The notes: generated by a model from the sequence alone, not told the origin. Shown: positions 18,602 to 25,561, counted from the stretch's first letter. The stretch is 55,337 nucleotides of DNA from Candidatus Woesearchaeota archaeon (GCA_016192985.1 JACPTC010000024.1:1-55337); one strand, 5' to 3'. Translations and numbers: made by a program.

Positions 18602-18663
18602 AGCTTCATGCAGTGAGTTTTGTTGTGTTTTAATGTCACTAGTCCCATGCTTGGTAGCTTTCT
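18602..18663 (-). other. putative ~62-nt intron in the 5' acceptor stem of tRNA-Pro
   Basis: GGGGCT / insert / G is needed to pair with CAGCCCC. The junction is ambiguous by up to 3 nt because GCT is repeated at both ends. The intron 5' part AAGCTACC is complementary to the D-arm GGTAGCTT. Confidence 0.55.
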
Positions 18664-18861
18664 AGCCCCGCCTACGAGTATTAATACCTTGTTTTTAAAT
18701 CTATCGTTGGAAAGATAATTTTGAAGCAAATTCATAAAAATAAAACTGGCAAAGAATGTGGGCAAGAGATTAAAAAAGTTGTTTTAAAGATACCATAAAA
18801 GCCCATTTTGAGTTAACAGCTGGAAAATATCTTAATCTTTATAAATCATCATTAATTCTAC

Positions 18862-21483
18862 ATGGATATGGCACTAACAGAAGCGCAGAGGTTTCATTTA
18901 AAGAAGTTCATTAAGGAATTGGAACGGCATAGGGGCAGGCATACTGAGTTAGTCAGTGTTTACATTCCGAAGGATTATGATATGAACAAGATAATCAACC
19001 ATCTTGCTCAGGAGCAGGGTACAGCATCAAATATTAAATCATCAGCAACAAGGAATAATGTGACAGACGCCCTTGAAAGGATGATTCAGCACTTAAAGCT
19101 ATTCAAGACAACGCCAGCAAATGGGTTAGCTGTGTTTTCCGGCAATGTGGCTGAAAGAGAGGGGCAGCAAGACTTTAAGGTTTGGAGCCTAGAGCCGCCT
19201 GTGCCGTTAAAGACAAGGATTTACAGGTGTGACAAGGAATTTGTTCTTGATATACTAAGAGACATGCTTGAGGCTAAAGAGGTTTATGGATTGGTTGTCA
19301 TGGACAGGAGAGACGCCAATCTGGCTCTTCTCAAAGGAAAGACAATTATTCCAATCGTTAAAACTCATTCAGAGGTGCCTGGAAAATTTAAAGCGGGGGG
19401 ACAATGTCTTGTAAAAGGTACTTTAATTCAATCAACTGATGGCCTCGTCCTGCCAATTGAAAATTTTCATAATCCAAAAAGTGTCAAAAGTATGATTACA
19501 GAAAATTTATCAATGTCGGACTCAGCAATAGCTGATAAATGGAATGTAAATAAGGAAGAAGTTTACAAGATAATTACAAGATATCCTAGACTTGAAGTAC
19601 AATCCTCTAAAGACCACATATTTTTTGTCTCAACTCCAAATGGGCTTATTGAAAGAGCTGCTGAAGAGCTTAAAGTAGGAGATTTCTTAATTATGCCTGA
19701 AAAAATTGATATAAAGGGTGATGTACAGAGTATTAATTCTAAAAAATACTATAATTCATTTATAGTTACTAAAGAAGGTCAAGAACTTCTAAAACAAGCA
19801 CGTTTAAAAATGAAATCGCTTCAAAGAGAACTAGCTAAAAGAATTGGTGCAACACAAACAACAATCTCTTCTTATGAAATTGGCAAACTCCATGCTGAAA
19901 AAGAGCCGTTAAAGCGCTTATGCGAAGAATTAGGCATAGATTTTGAAGGATTTATACAAAAATACACTAAACAGCATCATCACCAGAATGTAAGTATAAG
20001 ATTACCTGAAACCTTAAATCCAGATTTTGCACAATTTCTCGGTTATTTTATAGGTGATGGCTGTTTAGAGACCGATAGACTTACGTTCTTCGAACAGGAT
20101 AAACAAGTTGCTTTAGCTTATAAAAAGAGGTATGAAAAATATTTTAATCTAAGAATAAGTTATCGTTTCAGAAAAAGTAAGAGTTATCATCAATTAAGAT
20201 TCACCAGTAGGCCGCTTGTTAGATTAATTATAAATGAATTTCCAGAAATTAGAAAAGCATTGGATACTGAGATTCCAGAAAAAATTCTTAAGTCAAAAGA
20301 TGAAGTAATTGCGGCTTTTCTAAGGGGGTTATTTGACGCAGAAGGGTATATCTCAGGAAAATTAGCTATTGGGATGAACAATAAAAAAATAATTCAACAA
20401 ATACAAATGGCTTTGCTTAGATTTGGAATAATATCTTCTATGCTTGAATATGACAACAAACAAAATCCTTATAGTAGAAAACATAGATTCACATTAGAAA
20501 TGTCGGAAAAAGAATCTTTAGAATTATACCAAAAGTTTATAGGTTTCTCGTCTAAAATGAAGTCAGAAAAATTAGAAACAGGCATAAAAAATAGAACACT
20601 TAGGAGCAATGTGCGACAGATTATTATTCCAGGTAAAATGATTGGTAAATTGCTAAAAGAAGCTGAGTATAGTTTAGGAAACTTCCGAGTTTCTTTGTTT
20701 TTTACAAACAAAAGAATGATGAGTAAAGCAGTTTTTTACAATAAGTTTGTACCTCAAATAAAAAATAGTAAACTTAAAAAAGAATTACTTAGAATTTATA
20801 ACATACCTATTTTGCCTGTAAAAATACATAAAATTGAATTTGTAAAAGAAAATATGGAGATGATTGACATTTCTGTAAAAGATAAGAGTTTTATAGCAAA
20901 TGGGTTAATAGTTCATAATTCAGCCCAAAGATTCCATCGCCTTATAGAAGGGGCAGCGAAAGACCATTATAAGAAAGTGGCTGAATATATGAAAGAAGCC
21001 TTTCTTAATATGGAAGGGTTGAAGGGAATAATTGTTGGCGGCCCAGGCCCCACGAAATATGATCTTGTTGAAGGTGGCTACATAACAAATGAAGTGAAGA
21101 AGAAAATAATTGCAATAAAGGATTTAAGCTATACCGGCGAATTTGGCCTTGAGGAGTTGCTTGAGAAAAGCCATGATGTTTTGGCTCAGGAAGATGTAAT
21201 TGAGGAGAAGAAAATAGTTGGCAAGTTCTTTGAGATGCTTGCAACGAAACAGAATATGGTTGCTTATGGAGAATCTGATGTAATGAAAAAGCTTAAAATG
21301 GGCGTTGTTGATATCCTGATTTTATCAGAAGACTTGCCTGATGAGAAAATTGAGGAGTTTGAGGCAACTTCAAAGCCAGTTGGAACAGAAATAAGGATTA
21401 TTTCAACGCAAACAAGGGAAGGAGTCCAGCTCCGTGATTTGGGAAAAGTAGCTGCTATTTTAAGGTATGAGGTTTACGTATAA
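18862..21483 (+). CDS. prf1: peptide chain release factor aRF1, interrupted by an intein
   Basis: Exteins: 181 aa ending ...GKFKAGGQ and 187 aa starting SAQRFHRLIEGAAK..., which rejoin as the universal GGQSAxRF motif. NIKS motif at TASNIKS. The true start may be the second ATG (18868), given the TATA at 18838-18845. Confidence 0.9.
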   Translation: MDMALTEAQRFHLKKFIKELERHRGRHTELVSVYIPKDYDMNKIINHLAQEQGTASNIKSSATRNNVTDALERMIQHLKLFKTTPANGLAVFSGNVAEREGQQDFKVWSLEPPVPLKTRIYRCDKEFVLDILRDMLEAKEVYGLVVMDRRDANLALLKGKTIIPIVKTHSEVPGKFKAGGQCLVKGTLIQSTDGLVLPIENFHNPKSVKSMITENLSMSDSAIADKWNVNKEEVYKIITRYPRLEVQSSKDHIFFVSTPNGLIERAAEELKVGDFLIMPEKIDIKGDVQSINSKKYYNSFIVTKEGQELLKQARLKMKSLQRELAKRIGATQTTISSYEIGKLHAEKEPLKRLCEELGIDFEGFIQKYTKQHHHQNVSIRLPETLNPDFAQFLGYFIGDGCLETDRLTFFEQDKQVALAYKKRYEKYFNLRISYRFRKSKSYHQLRFTSRPLVRLIINEFPEIRKALDTEIPEKILKSKDEVIAAFLRGLFDAEGYISGKLAIGMNNKKIIQQIQMALLRFGIISSMLEYDNKQNPYSRKHRFTLEMSEKESLELYQKFIGFSSKMKSEKLETGIKNRTLRSNVRQIIIPGKMIGKLLKEAEYSLGNFRVSLFFTNKRMMSKAVFYNKFVPQIKNSKLKKELLRIYNIPILPVKIHKIEFVKENMEMIDISVKDKSFIANGLIVHNSAQRFHRLIEGAAKDHYKKVAEYMKEAFLNMEGLKGIIVGGPGPTKYDLVEGGYITNEVKKKIIAIKDLSYTGEFGLEELLEKSHDVLAQEDVIEEKKIVGKFFEMLATKQNMVAYGESDVMKKLKMGVVDILILSEDLPDEKIEEFEATSKPVGTEIRIISTQTREGVQLRDLGKVAAILRYEVYV
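19405..20919 (+). mobile_element. 505-aa intein with LAGLIDADG homing-endonuclease domain and an HTH segment
   Basis: - Starts with Cys (CLVKGTLIQ) and ends with ...GLIVHN, followed by Ser+1.
- Block-B-like SSKDH.
- LAGLIDADG motifs FLGYFIGDGC and FLRGLFDAEGYI.
- Cro/C1-like HTH LQRELAKRIGATQTTISSYEIGK (about 19810-19950). Confidence 0.85.
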
Positions 21484-21510
21484 ATATTTTAACCACATAA
21501 AAAAAAGCAT

Positions 21511-22176
21511 ATGAGCATTGTAGAAGAGGCTTTCCAGCAGCTGTATCGGAACAATGAAACAAAATACAACTTCTCCCTAAAATATTCCAGAAAATTCAAG
21601 CCTTACAATGCAAATGTAAAGCGATACGGGAGTAACTTGGTTTTTAGTCTTAGCAAGGAATGGAAAAAGATAAGCAAAGAGATTCAGATAGGACTTGTTC
21701 AGGAGCTGCTGGTTAAGACTTTTAATGATAAAAAACAAACAATTAATATGGAGCTTTATAATTTGTTCATTAAAAATATACATTTAGCTGTTCCAAAAAC
21801 AAAGACGGATGAGGTTCTTGAAGCGTCGTTTGAAAGGGTCAACGAGGCGTATTTCAATGGAATGCTAGAAAAGCCAAATCTGCAGTGGGGAAATGCCTCA
21901 ACAAGCAAGCTAGGCTCTTATGAGTACGGCTCAGACACAATAACGATAAGCACGATTTTCAAAAATGAAAGGCGTGAATTGCTTGACTATGTTATACACC
22001 ACGAGATGCTCCACAAAAAATTCAAGTTCCAGAGCAAAAACGGAAGGAATGTGCATCACAGCAACGAGTTCAGGAGAATGGAAGCTAAGTTTGAAAATCA
22101 TGATTTGATGGAAAAGGATATATCAAAATTAGCAAGAAAATATCGTTTTGGCTCAAAGCTATTTTTGAATTTTTGA
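21511..22176 (+). CDS. SprT/DUF45-like zinc metalloprotease (HExxH)
   Basis: VIHHEMLHKKF...NVHHSNEFRRMEAKF resembles the HExxH...H..xF pattern of SprT/YgjP-type hydrolases. Confidence 0.5.
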   Translation: MSIVEEAFQQLYRNNETKYNFSLKYSRKFKPYNANVKRYGSNLVFSLSKEWKKISKEIQIGLVQELLVKTFNDKKQTINMELYNLFIKNIHLAVPKTKTDEVLEASFERVNEAYFNGMLEKPNLQWGNASTSKLGSYEYGSDTITISTIFKNERRELLDYVIHHEMLHKKFKFQSKNGRNVHHSNEFRRMEAKFENHDLMEKDISKLARKYRFGSKLFLNF

Positions 22177-22255
22177 TTTCTAATATACATATTTCATACT
22201 GCTCAGATTAAAAAACTTTAAATACATCACATTTTAACCTTTATATAGATGTTGA

Positions 22256-22465
22256 ATGGCTGAAAAAATATTTCCCCTTGCGGCGATGGAAAAATTGATT
22301 AAGGAAGGCGGCGCTGACAGGGTATCTGACAAAGCAAAGGTCGCATTGAGAAATGCTATTGAGGAAATAGCGCACGAAATTGCCGTGAAATCCATTAAGC
22401 TTGCTGTTCATGCGGGAAGAAAAACAATCAAGGCAGAAGACATTAAACTTGCTGTTAAGGAATAG
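22256..22465 (+). CDS. archaeal histone (HMf family)
   Basis: 69 aa: PLAAMEKLIKEGGADRVSDKAKVALRNAIEEIAHEIAVKSIKLAVHAGRKTIKAEDIKLAV, a histone fold. TTTAAATA at 22217-22224 lies upstream. Confidence 0.9.
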   Translation: MAEKIFPLAAMEKLIKEGGADRVSDKAKVALRNAIEEIAHEIAVKSIKLAVHAGRKTIKAEDIKLAVKE

Positions 22466-22500
22466 TTTTTTAGGCAGGCAAACACAATCAAATAACAAAC

Positions 22501-22508
22501 TTTAAATA
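22501..22508 (+). promoter_or_regulatory. TATA box (TTTAAATA) for the 22533 gene
   Basis: The octamer lies 32 nt before the ATG at 22533 and only 14 nt before the tracked ATG at 22515. This suggests a leaderless mRNA starting at 22533. Confidence 0.45.
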
Positions 22509-22532
22509 TATTTAATGGCAAAATTTCAGTTA

Positions 22533-24437
22533 ATGTACTGCATCTTTAAAAACAGGAGAAAGGTTACAAGGAAAAAAGAGAACAAAGCTCAGGTTACCTT
22601 TTACGCAATTCTTGGCTTATTCTTGTTTATGTTTCTAATTATAGGGGTGTTTTACTATAATAATGTTAAAGAGCAGCGGGCTAGAGAAGAAGCTGCTAAG
22701 ATACAGGAAATAAACCTTAATGCTCAGGAAATAGAGAGATTAGTAAGCGACTGCATAAGAAAGGAATCGTTTGATGGCTTAAAAATACTTGGACGGGCAG
22801 CTGGATATTTTGAGATTCCAATGCTTATAGACTATAAAGGCACTGCAATGTGGCAGTTCGATCAGGCAAACATTCAGCCATTTCTCAACCAAACTCAGGA
22901 AAGATTGATTGAGTATGTTGATAAGAATGTTCCAAAATGCTTTGAAAATGCAAATGTTACCCAGTACGGGTTTTTAATAGAGAAAAAAGAGCCAAAAACC
23001 TTTATGGAATTTGGCGCAAGCGATGTCACAATAAAAGTTATTTACCCAATAAAGGTAAGCAAAGGGCAGTTTACAAAGGAATTTTCTGAATTTTTTAACA
23101 CTTTTAACATAAGGTATCGTGCTATTTATGAGGCTGCAACTGAGGTTAATGAAAGGCTTTTTGACGCTGATTTTGACATAAAGAATCCACTGAAGAAACT
23201 TGATTACTTAAAGGGCATGGATTTTGACATTAGCTACAAGATGCTGCAAGAGGATATTATAACTTTTACAGTTACAGATAAAAGGTCAATAACTCCTGAA
23301 AACCAAAATTATATGTTCAGCTTTGCGGCAAAGCTTGGAAACTCCACATTGAAAAAGTTAACCACTTTGCAGAACAGAAGCGCAACGAATCCTGCGGTGC
23401 TGCCTTATACAATTTATTCTGTTGACAAGAAAGCGCAGCTTGATATTTTTGCAGGAACAACAGTAAATCTGGATGGCAAGGATGCAGAATATATTAGCGT
23501 GCAGCAGGCTTATCCAAATAATTTGACAACAAAGGATATCCCGCAGCATAAGAAAAACGACCAAATTGTAAGGAGAGGTGATGACAGCTATGTGATTGAC
23601 AATCCTGTTTACAACTTCGAGCCGACAGGAATAAGGTTCAACAAGCCAGAAAAATTGACTATTTATTATGAGGATGAAGCAAAGGCAGGCAAAGGCGTTG
23701 GAATTTTGATGGGCAAGAAAGACGCAAAGAAAAAAGGAAGCGGTGAAGGAAAAAAATATGGTTATGAAGATTTCTTCTGGGTTCCTATTCCCTCAAGCCA
23801 TGACATTCAGAATAAAAGAGTTATAGCAAACATACTTGGCTTTACATCCTTCACAGCAGTAAACTGCGCTTCACAGCAATTAAAGGACAAAATAGGAGAG
23901 CATTTTTTTGAGCCGGAAACTACTTGTTATGTTAGTTTGGCGATAATGATTTTGGCAATTTTGTTGGTTGTAGTTACATTTGGTGCTGGACTGGCTGTTG
24001 CCGCTCTTGGAGCTACTGCTGCACCCGGAAGTGCTTTGGCCGTGGGGGCTGGCGCTCTTAGTAGTGGATATATGGCAGCCGGTGCTTCAGCAATTGGTAC
24101 TGCTATTGGAGTAGGTGCTGGAGTAGTCACTGGTGTGGTCGCTGCTGTATCTGTTATTAGTACAGGTATGTCAGTCATCGGCTCAACCACAGACGCTTAC
24201 TGGGGAACATCAGGAGATAATTGCGTAACATTTTACCCATTGTGCGACCAGAATGTTGAAATTGTTATGGAGAAATCAACCGATGAGGCAGAAGGGCAAT
24301 GCGTTCCTGAAAAAGGGCAAAGAGTTGCTGCAGGCACTGCTTCTATGGTATGCGCACAAGTTGAGGGTTGCGGCAATTTCTTAGACAAGACTCTGTGCAA
24401 ATCTTGCAGCATCAAGTGCACTGCCAAGGTTTATTGA
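22533..24437 (+). CDS. membrane/surface protein with pilin-like class III signal peptide, Gly/Ala-zipper TM region and Cys-rich tail
   Basis: - N-terminus ...KENKAQVTFYAILGLFLFMFLIIGV fits [KR][GA][Q..][ILV..] prepilin-peptidase sites.
- The N-terminal ~100 aa are paralogous to the 27989 gene.
- C-terminus has GAGLAVAALGATAAPGSALAVGAGAL...
- Terminal CGNFLDKTLCKSCSIKC. Confidence 0.6.
   Translation: MYCIFKNRRKVTRKKENKAQVTFYAILGLFLFMFLIIGVFYYNNVKEQRAREEAAKIQEINLNAQEIERLVSDCIRKESFDGLKILGRAAGYFEIPMLIDYKGTAMWQFDQANIQPFLNQTQERLIEYVDKNVPKCFENANVTQYGFLIEKKEPKTFMEFGASDVTIKVIYPIKVSKGQFTKEFSEFFNTFNIRYRAIYEAATEVNERLFDADFDIKNPLKKLDYLKGMDFDISYKMLQEDIITFTVTDKRSITPENQNYMFSFAAKLGNSTLKKLTTLQNRSATNPAVLPYTIYSVDKKAQLDIFAGTTVNLDGKDAEYISVQQAYPNNLTTKDIPQHKKNDQIVRRGDDSYVIDNPVYNFEPTGIRFNKPEKLTIYYEDEAKAGKGVGILMGKKDAKKKGSGEGKKYGYEDFFWVPIPSSHDIQNKRVIANILGFTSFTAVNCASQQLKDKIGEHFFEPETTCYVSLAIMILAILLVVVTFGAGLAVAALGATAAPGSALAVGAGALSSGYMAAGASAIGTAIGVGAGVVTGVVAAVSVISTGMSVIGSTTDAYWGTSGDNCVTFYPLCDQNVEIVMEKSTDEAEGQCVPEKGQRVAAGTASMVCAQVEGCGNFLDKTLCKSCSIKCTAKVY
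24373..24437 (+). repeat. direct repeat copy 1 (last 65 nt of the 22533-24437 CDS)
   Basis: 60/65 identical to 25074-25138. All 5 differences are third-position or synonymous (gac/gat, gcc/gcg, aag/aaa, tat/tac, tga/taa). Confidence 0.9.
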
Positions 24438-24453
24438 AATTTTTTCAGCAAGA

Positions 24454-24461
24454 TTTAAATA
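24454..24461 (+). promoter_or_regulatory. TATA box (TTTAAATA) for the cassette genes
   Basis: 30 nt upstream of the ATG at 24484 and too close (12 nt) to the tracked ATG at 24466. Confidence 0.45.
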
Positions 24462-24483
24462 TATAATGAATATAATATTCCCC

Positions 24484-24711
24484 ATGGAACTCAAAATTGA
24501 GGAAGCAAATAAATTATTTGAGGAAATAAGTAAAGAATTGACTAGCAAATATAAAGGAAAAATAGTGGCTATAGATACAGATACTGGCAGTTATTTTATT
24601 GGCGACTCTGAGCTTGATGCTTACAAAAAAGCTACGAAAAAATATCCCGATAAAAAATTTGTATTCAAGAGAATTGGCTTTGGCTCTACATACTTTGTCG
24701 GTGCTTTATAA
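24484..24711 (+). CDS. small DUF5678-like protein (partner of the DTGF protease)
   Basis: MELKIEEANKLFEE...GKIVAIDTDTGSYFIGDSELDAYKKATKKYPDKKFVFKRIG. The pattern is as I recall for DUF5678. Its stop overlaps the next start (TAATG). Confidence 0.5.
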   Translation: MELKIEEANKLFEEISKELTSKYKGKIVAIDTDTGSYFIGDSELDAYKKATKKYPDKKFVFKRIGFGSTYFVGAL

Positions 24712-25064
24712 TGAGGGGCTTCTTTAAATTTGGGAGCCCTGTTATAGATTTGTCTATTGAAGGAAGAAGAATTGGGACATTATTGGATACAGGTTTTAAC
24801 GGGCATATTATGCTGCCATTGCCAATAATCAGGGAACTTGCCTTGGACAAAATTGGAATTTCTGATTATTTGACAGCAAGCGGGGATGGCAAAATAACAG
24901 AAGTGTACAAAGGTAAAATAATTTTTTTGAATGAAAAAATAGAAGTGCCTATATTGTCAACAGATGCAGATTTTTCATTAGCAGGAATGGAGTTGTTTCA
25001 TGAGTGTAAGATAATTATTGAAAGGAATAAAGATTTTGTTGAAGTTAGTAAATCTGTAAAGTGA
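24711..25064 (+). CDS. retropepsin-like clan AA aspartic protease (DTGF, AF_0612-type)
   Basis: LLDTGFNGHIMLP active-site motif, ~117 aa, size typical of single-lobe retropepsins that act as homodimers. Confidence 0.7.
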   Translation: MRGFFKFGSPVIDLSIEGRRIGTLLDTGFNGHIMLPLPIIRELALDKIGISDYLTASGDGKITEVYKGKIIFLNEKIEVPILSTDADFSLAGMELFHECKIIIERNKDFVEVSKSVK

Positions 25065-25073
25065 ATTGTGTCT

Positions 25074-25138
25074 GCAATTTCTTAGATAAGACTCTGTGCA
25101 AATCTTGCAGCATCAAGTGCACTGCGAAAGTTTACTAA
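25074..25138 (+). repeat. direct repeat copy 2 (orphan copy of a coding 3' end)
   Basis: Reads ...CNFLDKTLCKSCSIKCTAKVY* in its own frame. That frame is open only from 25052, so it is a remnant without a gene body. Confidence 0.9.
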
Positions 25139-25146
25139 ATAAAATA

Positions 25147-25389
25147 TAGTGCCTAATATTTATCTATTATTGTATTCCTTTTTAATTTATTGTAATGCCT
25201 AAATTAAGTAGTGCCTAAATCTATTAACTATAATAGTGCTAATATATTATGTAATGCCTATTATTTATGGCATTTTTACATAAATAAAGCTATAATTTTC
25301 TAGTAGTGTCTAAAATTAACTAATAATAGTGCCTAAAATAACTAAAGTTAGCGTAAATCAAAACATTTAAATACTAAAGTAGTGCCTAA
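25147..25389 (+). repeat. array of eight same-orientation TAGTGCCTAA-like 10-mers
   Basis: Copies at 25147, 25193 (TAATGCCTAA), 25209, 25234 (TAGTGCTAA), 25252 (TAATGCCTAT), 25304 (TAGTGTCTAA), 25327 and 25380. Spacing is irregular, 16-53 nt. Confidence 0.8.
25366..25373 (+). promoter_or_regulatory. TATA box (TTTAAATA) for the 54-codon ORF
   Basis: 31 nt upstream of the ATG at 25397. The last 10-mer copy (25380-25389) sits between the TATA box and the start. Confidence 0.4.
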
Positions 25390-25396
25390 TTATTTT

Positions 25397-25561
25397 ATGG
25401 TATTCCTCAGGGTAAAAAAAATCAACAACAATCATTATTATTATCTTGTCAAAAGCGTCAGGATTAATGGAAAAATAAGGCAGAAGGTTGTCAAGTACAT
25501 AGGCAAGTCAAAGAAACTAGCTTCTATAATCGAAAATGCTGAGCAAAAGGAAGATAGATAA
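25397..25561 (+). CDS. small basic protein (54 aa), possible DNA-binding protein
   Basis: Not in the ORF track. Hand translation: MVFLRVKKINNNHYYYLVKSVRINGKIRQKVVKYIGKSKKLASIIENAEQKEDR*. TATA box at leaderless distance. Overlaps the next gene start by 26 nt in another frame. Confidence 0.3.
   Translation: MVFLRVKKINNNHYYYLVKSVRINGKIRQKVVKYIGKSKKLASIIENAEQKEDR

Larger units (their letters stand above)
18410..18669 (-). tRNA. tRNA-Pro: tRNA-Pro(UGG) with two putative introns (acceptor stem and T-loop)
   Basis: - Exons read GGGGCT|G TA GGGT AGCTTGGACAC ATCC TT TCTGG TTTGGGA CCAGA AGAC CCCGG TTCAAA|T CCGGG CAGCCCC A.
- Anticodon at 18570-18568.
- 260 nt minus 62 nt and 122 nt inserts gives a 76-nt mature tRNA.
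- TATA-like ATTTAAAAAC lies ~27 nt upstream. Confidence 0.75.

Noticed and set aside
18363-18665. 100-aa plus-strand ORF. I also first thought this GC-richer intergenic block might be SRP RNA or RNase P RNA.
   Set aside because: The region resolves into a complete tRNA-Pro on the minus strand once two inserts are removed. I found no SRP helix-8 or RNase P CR-I/CR-V motifs. The ORF merely runs antisense through the tRNA gene.
23927-24190. 87-aa minus-strand ORF rich in Ala/Pro/Thr.
   Set aside because: It is the antisense shadow of the Gly/Ala-zipper coding segment. It has no start context and lies entirely inside a strong plus-strand CDS.
25147-25389. Whether the TAGTGCCTAA array could be a degenerate CRISPR array.
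   Set aside because: The repeats are only 10 nt, the spacing is irregular (16-53 nt), there are no cas genes, and no repeat has CRISPR-like length or dyad symmetry.
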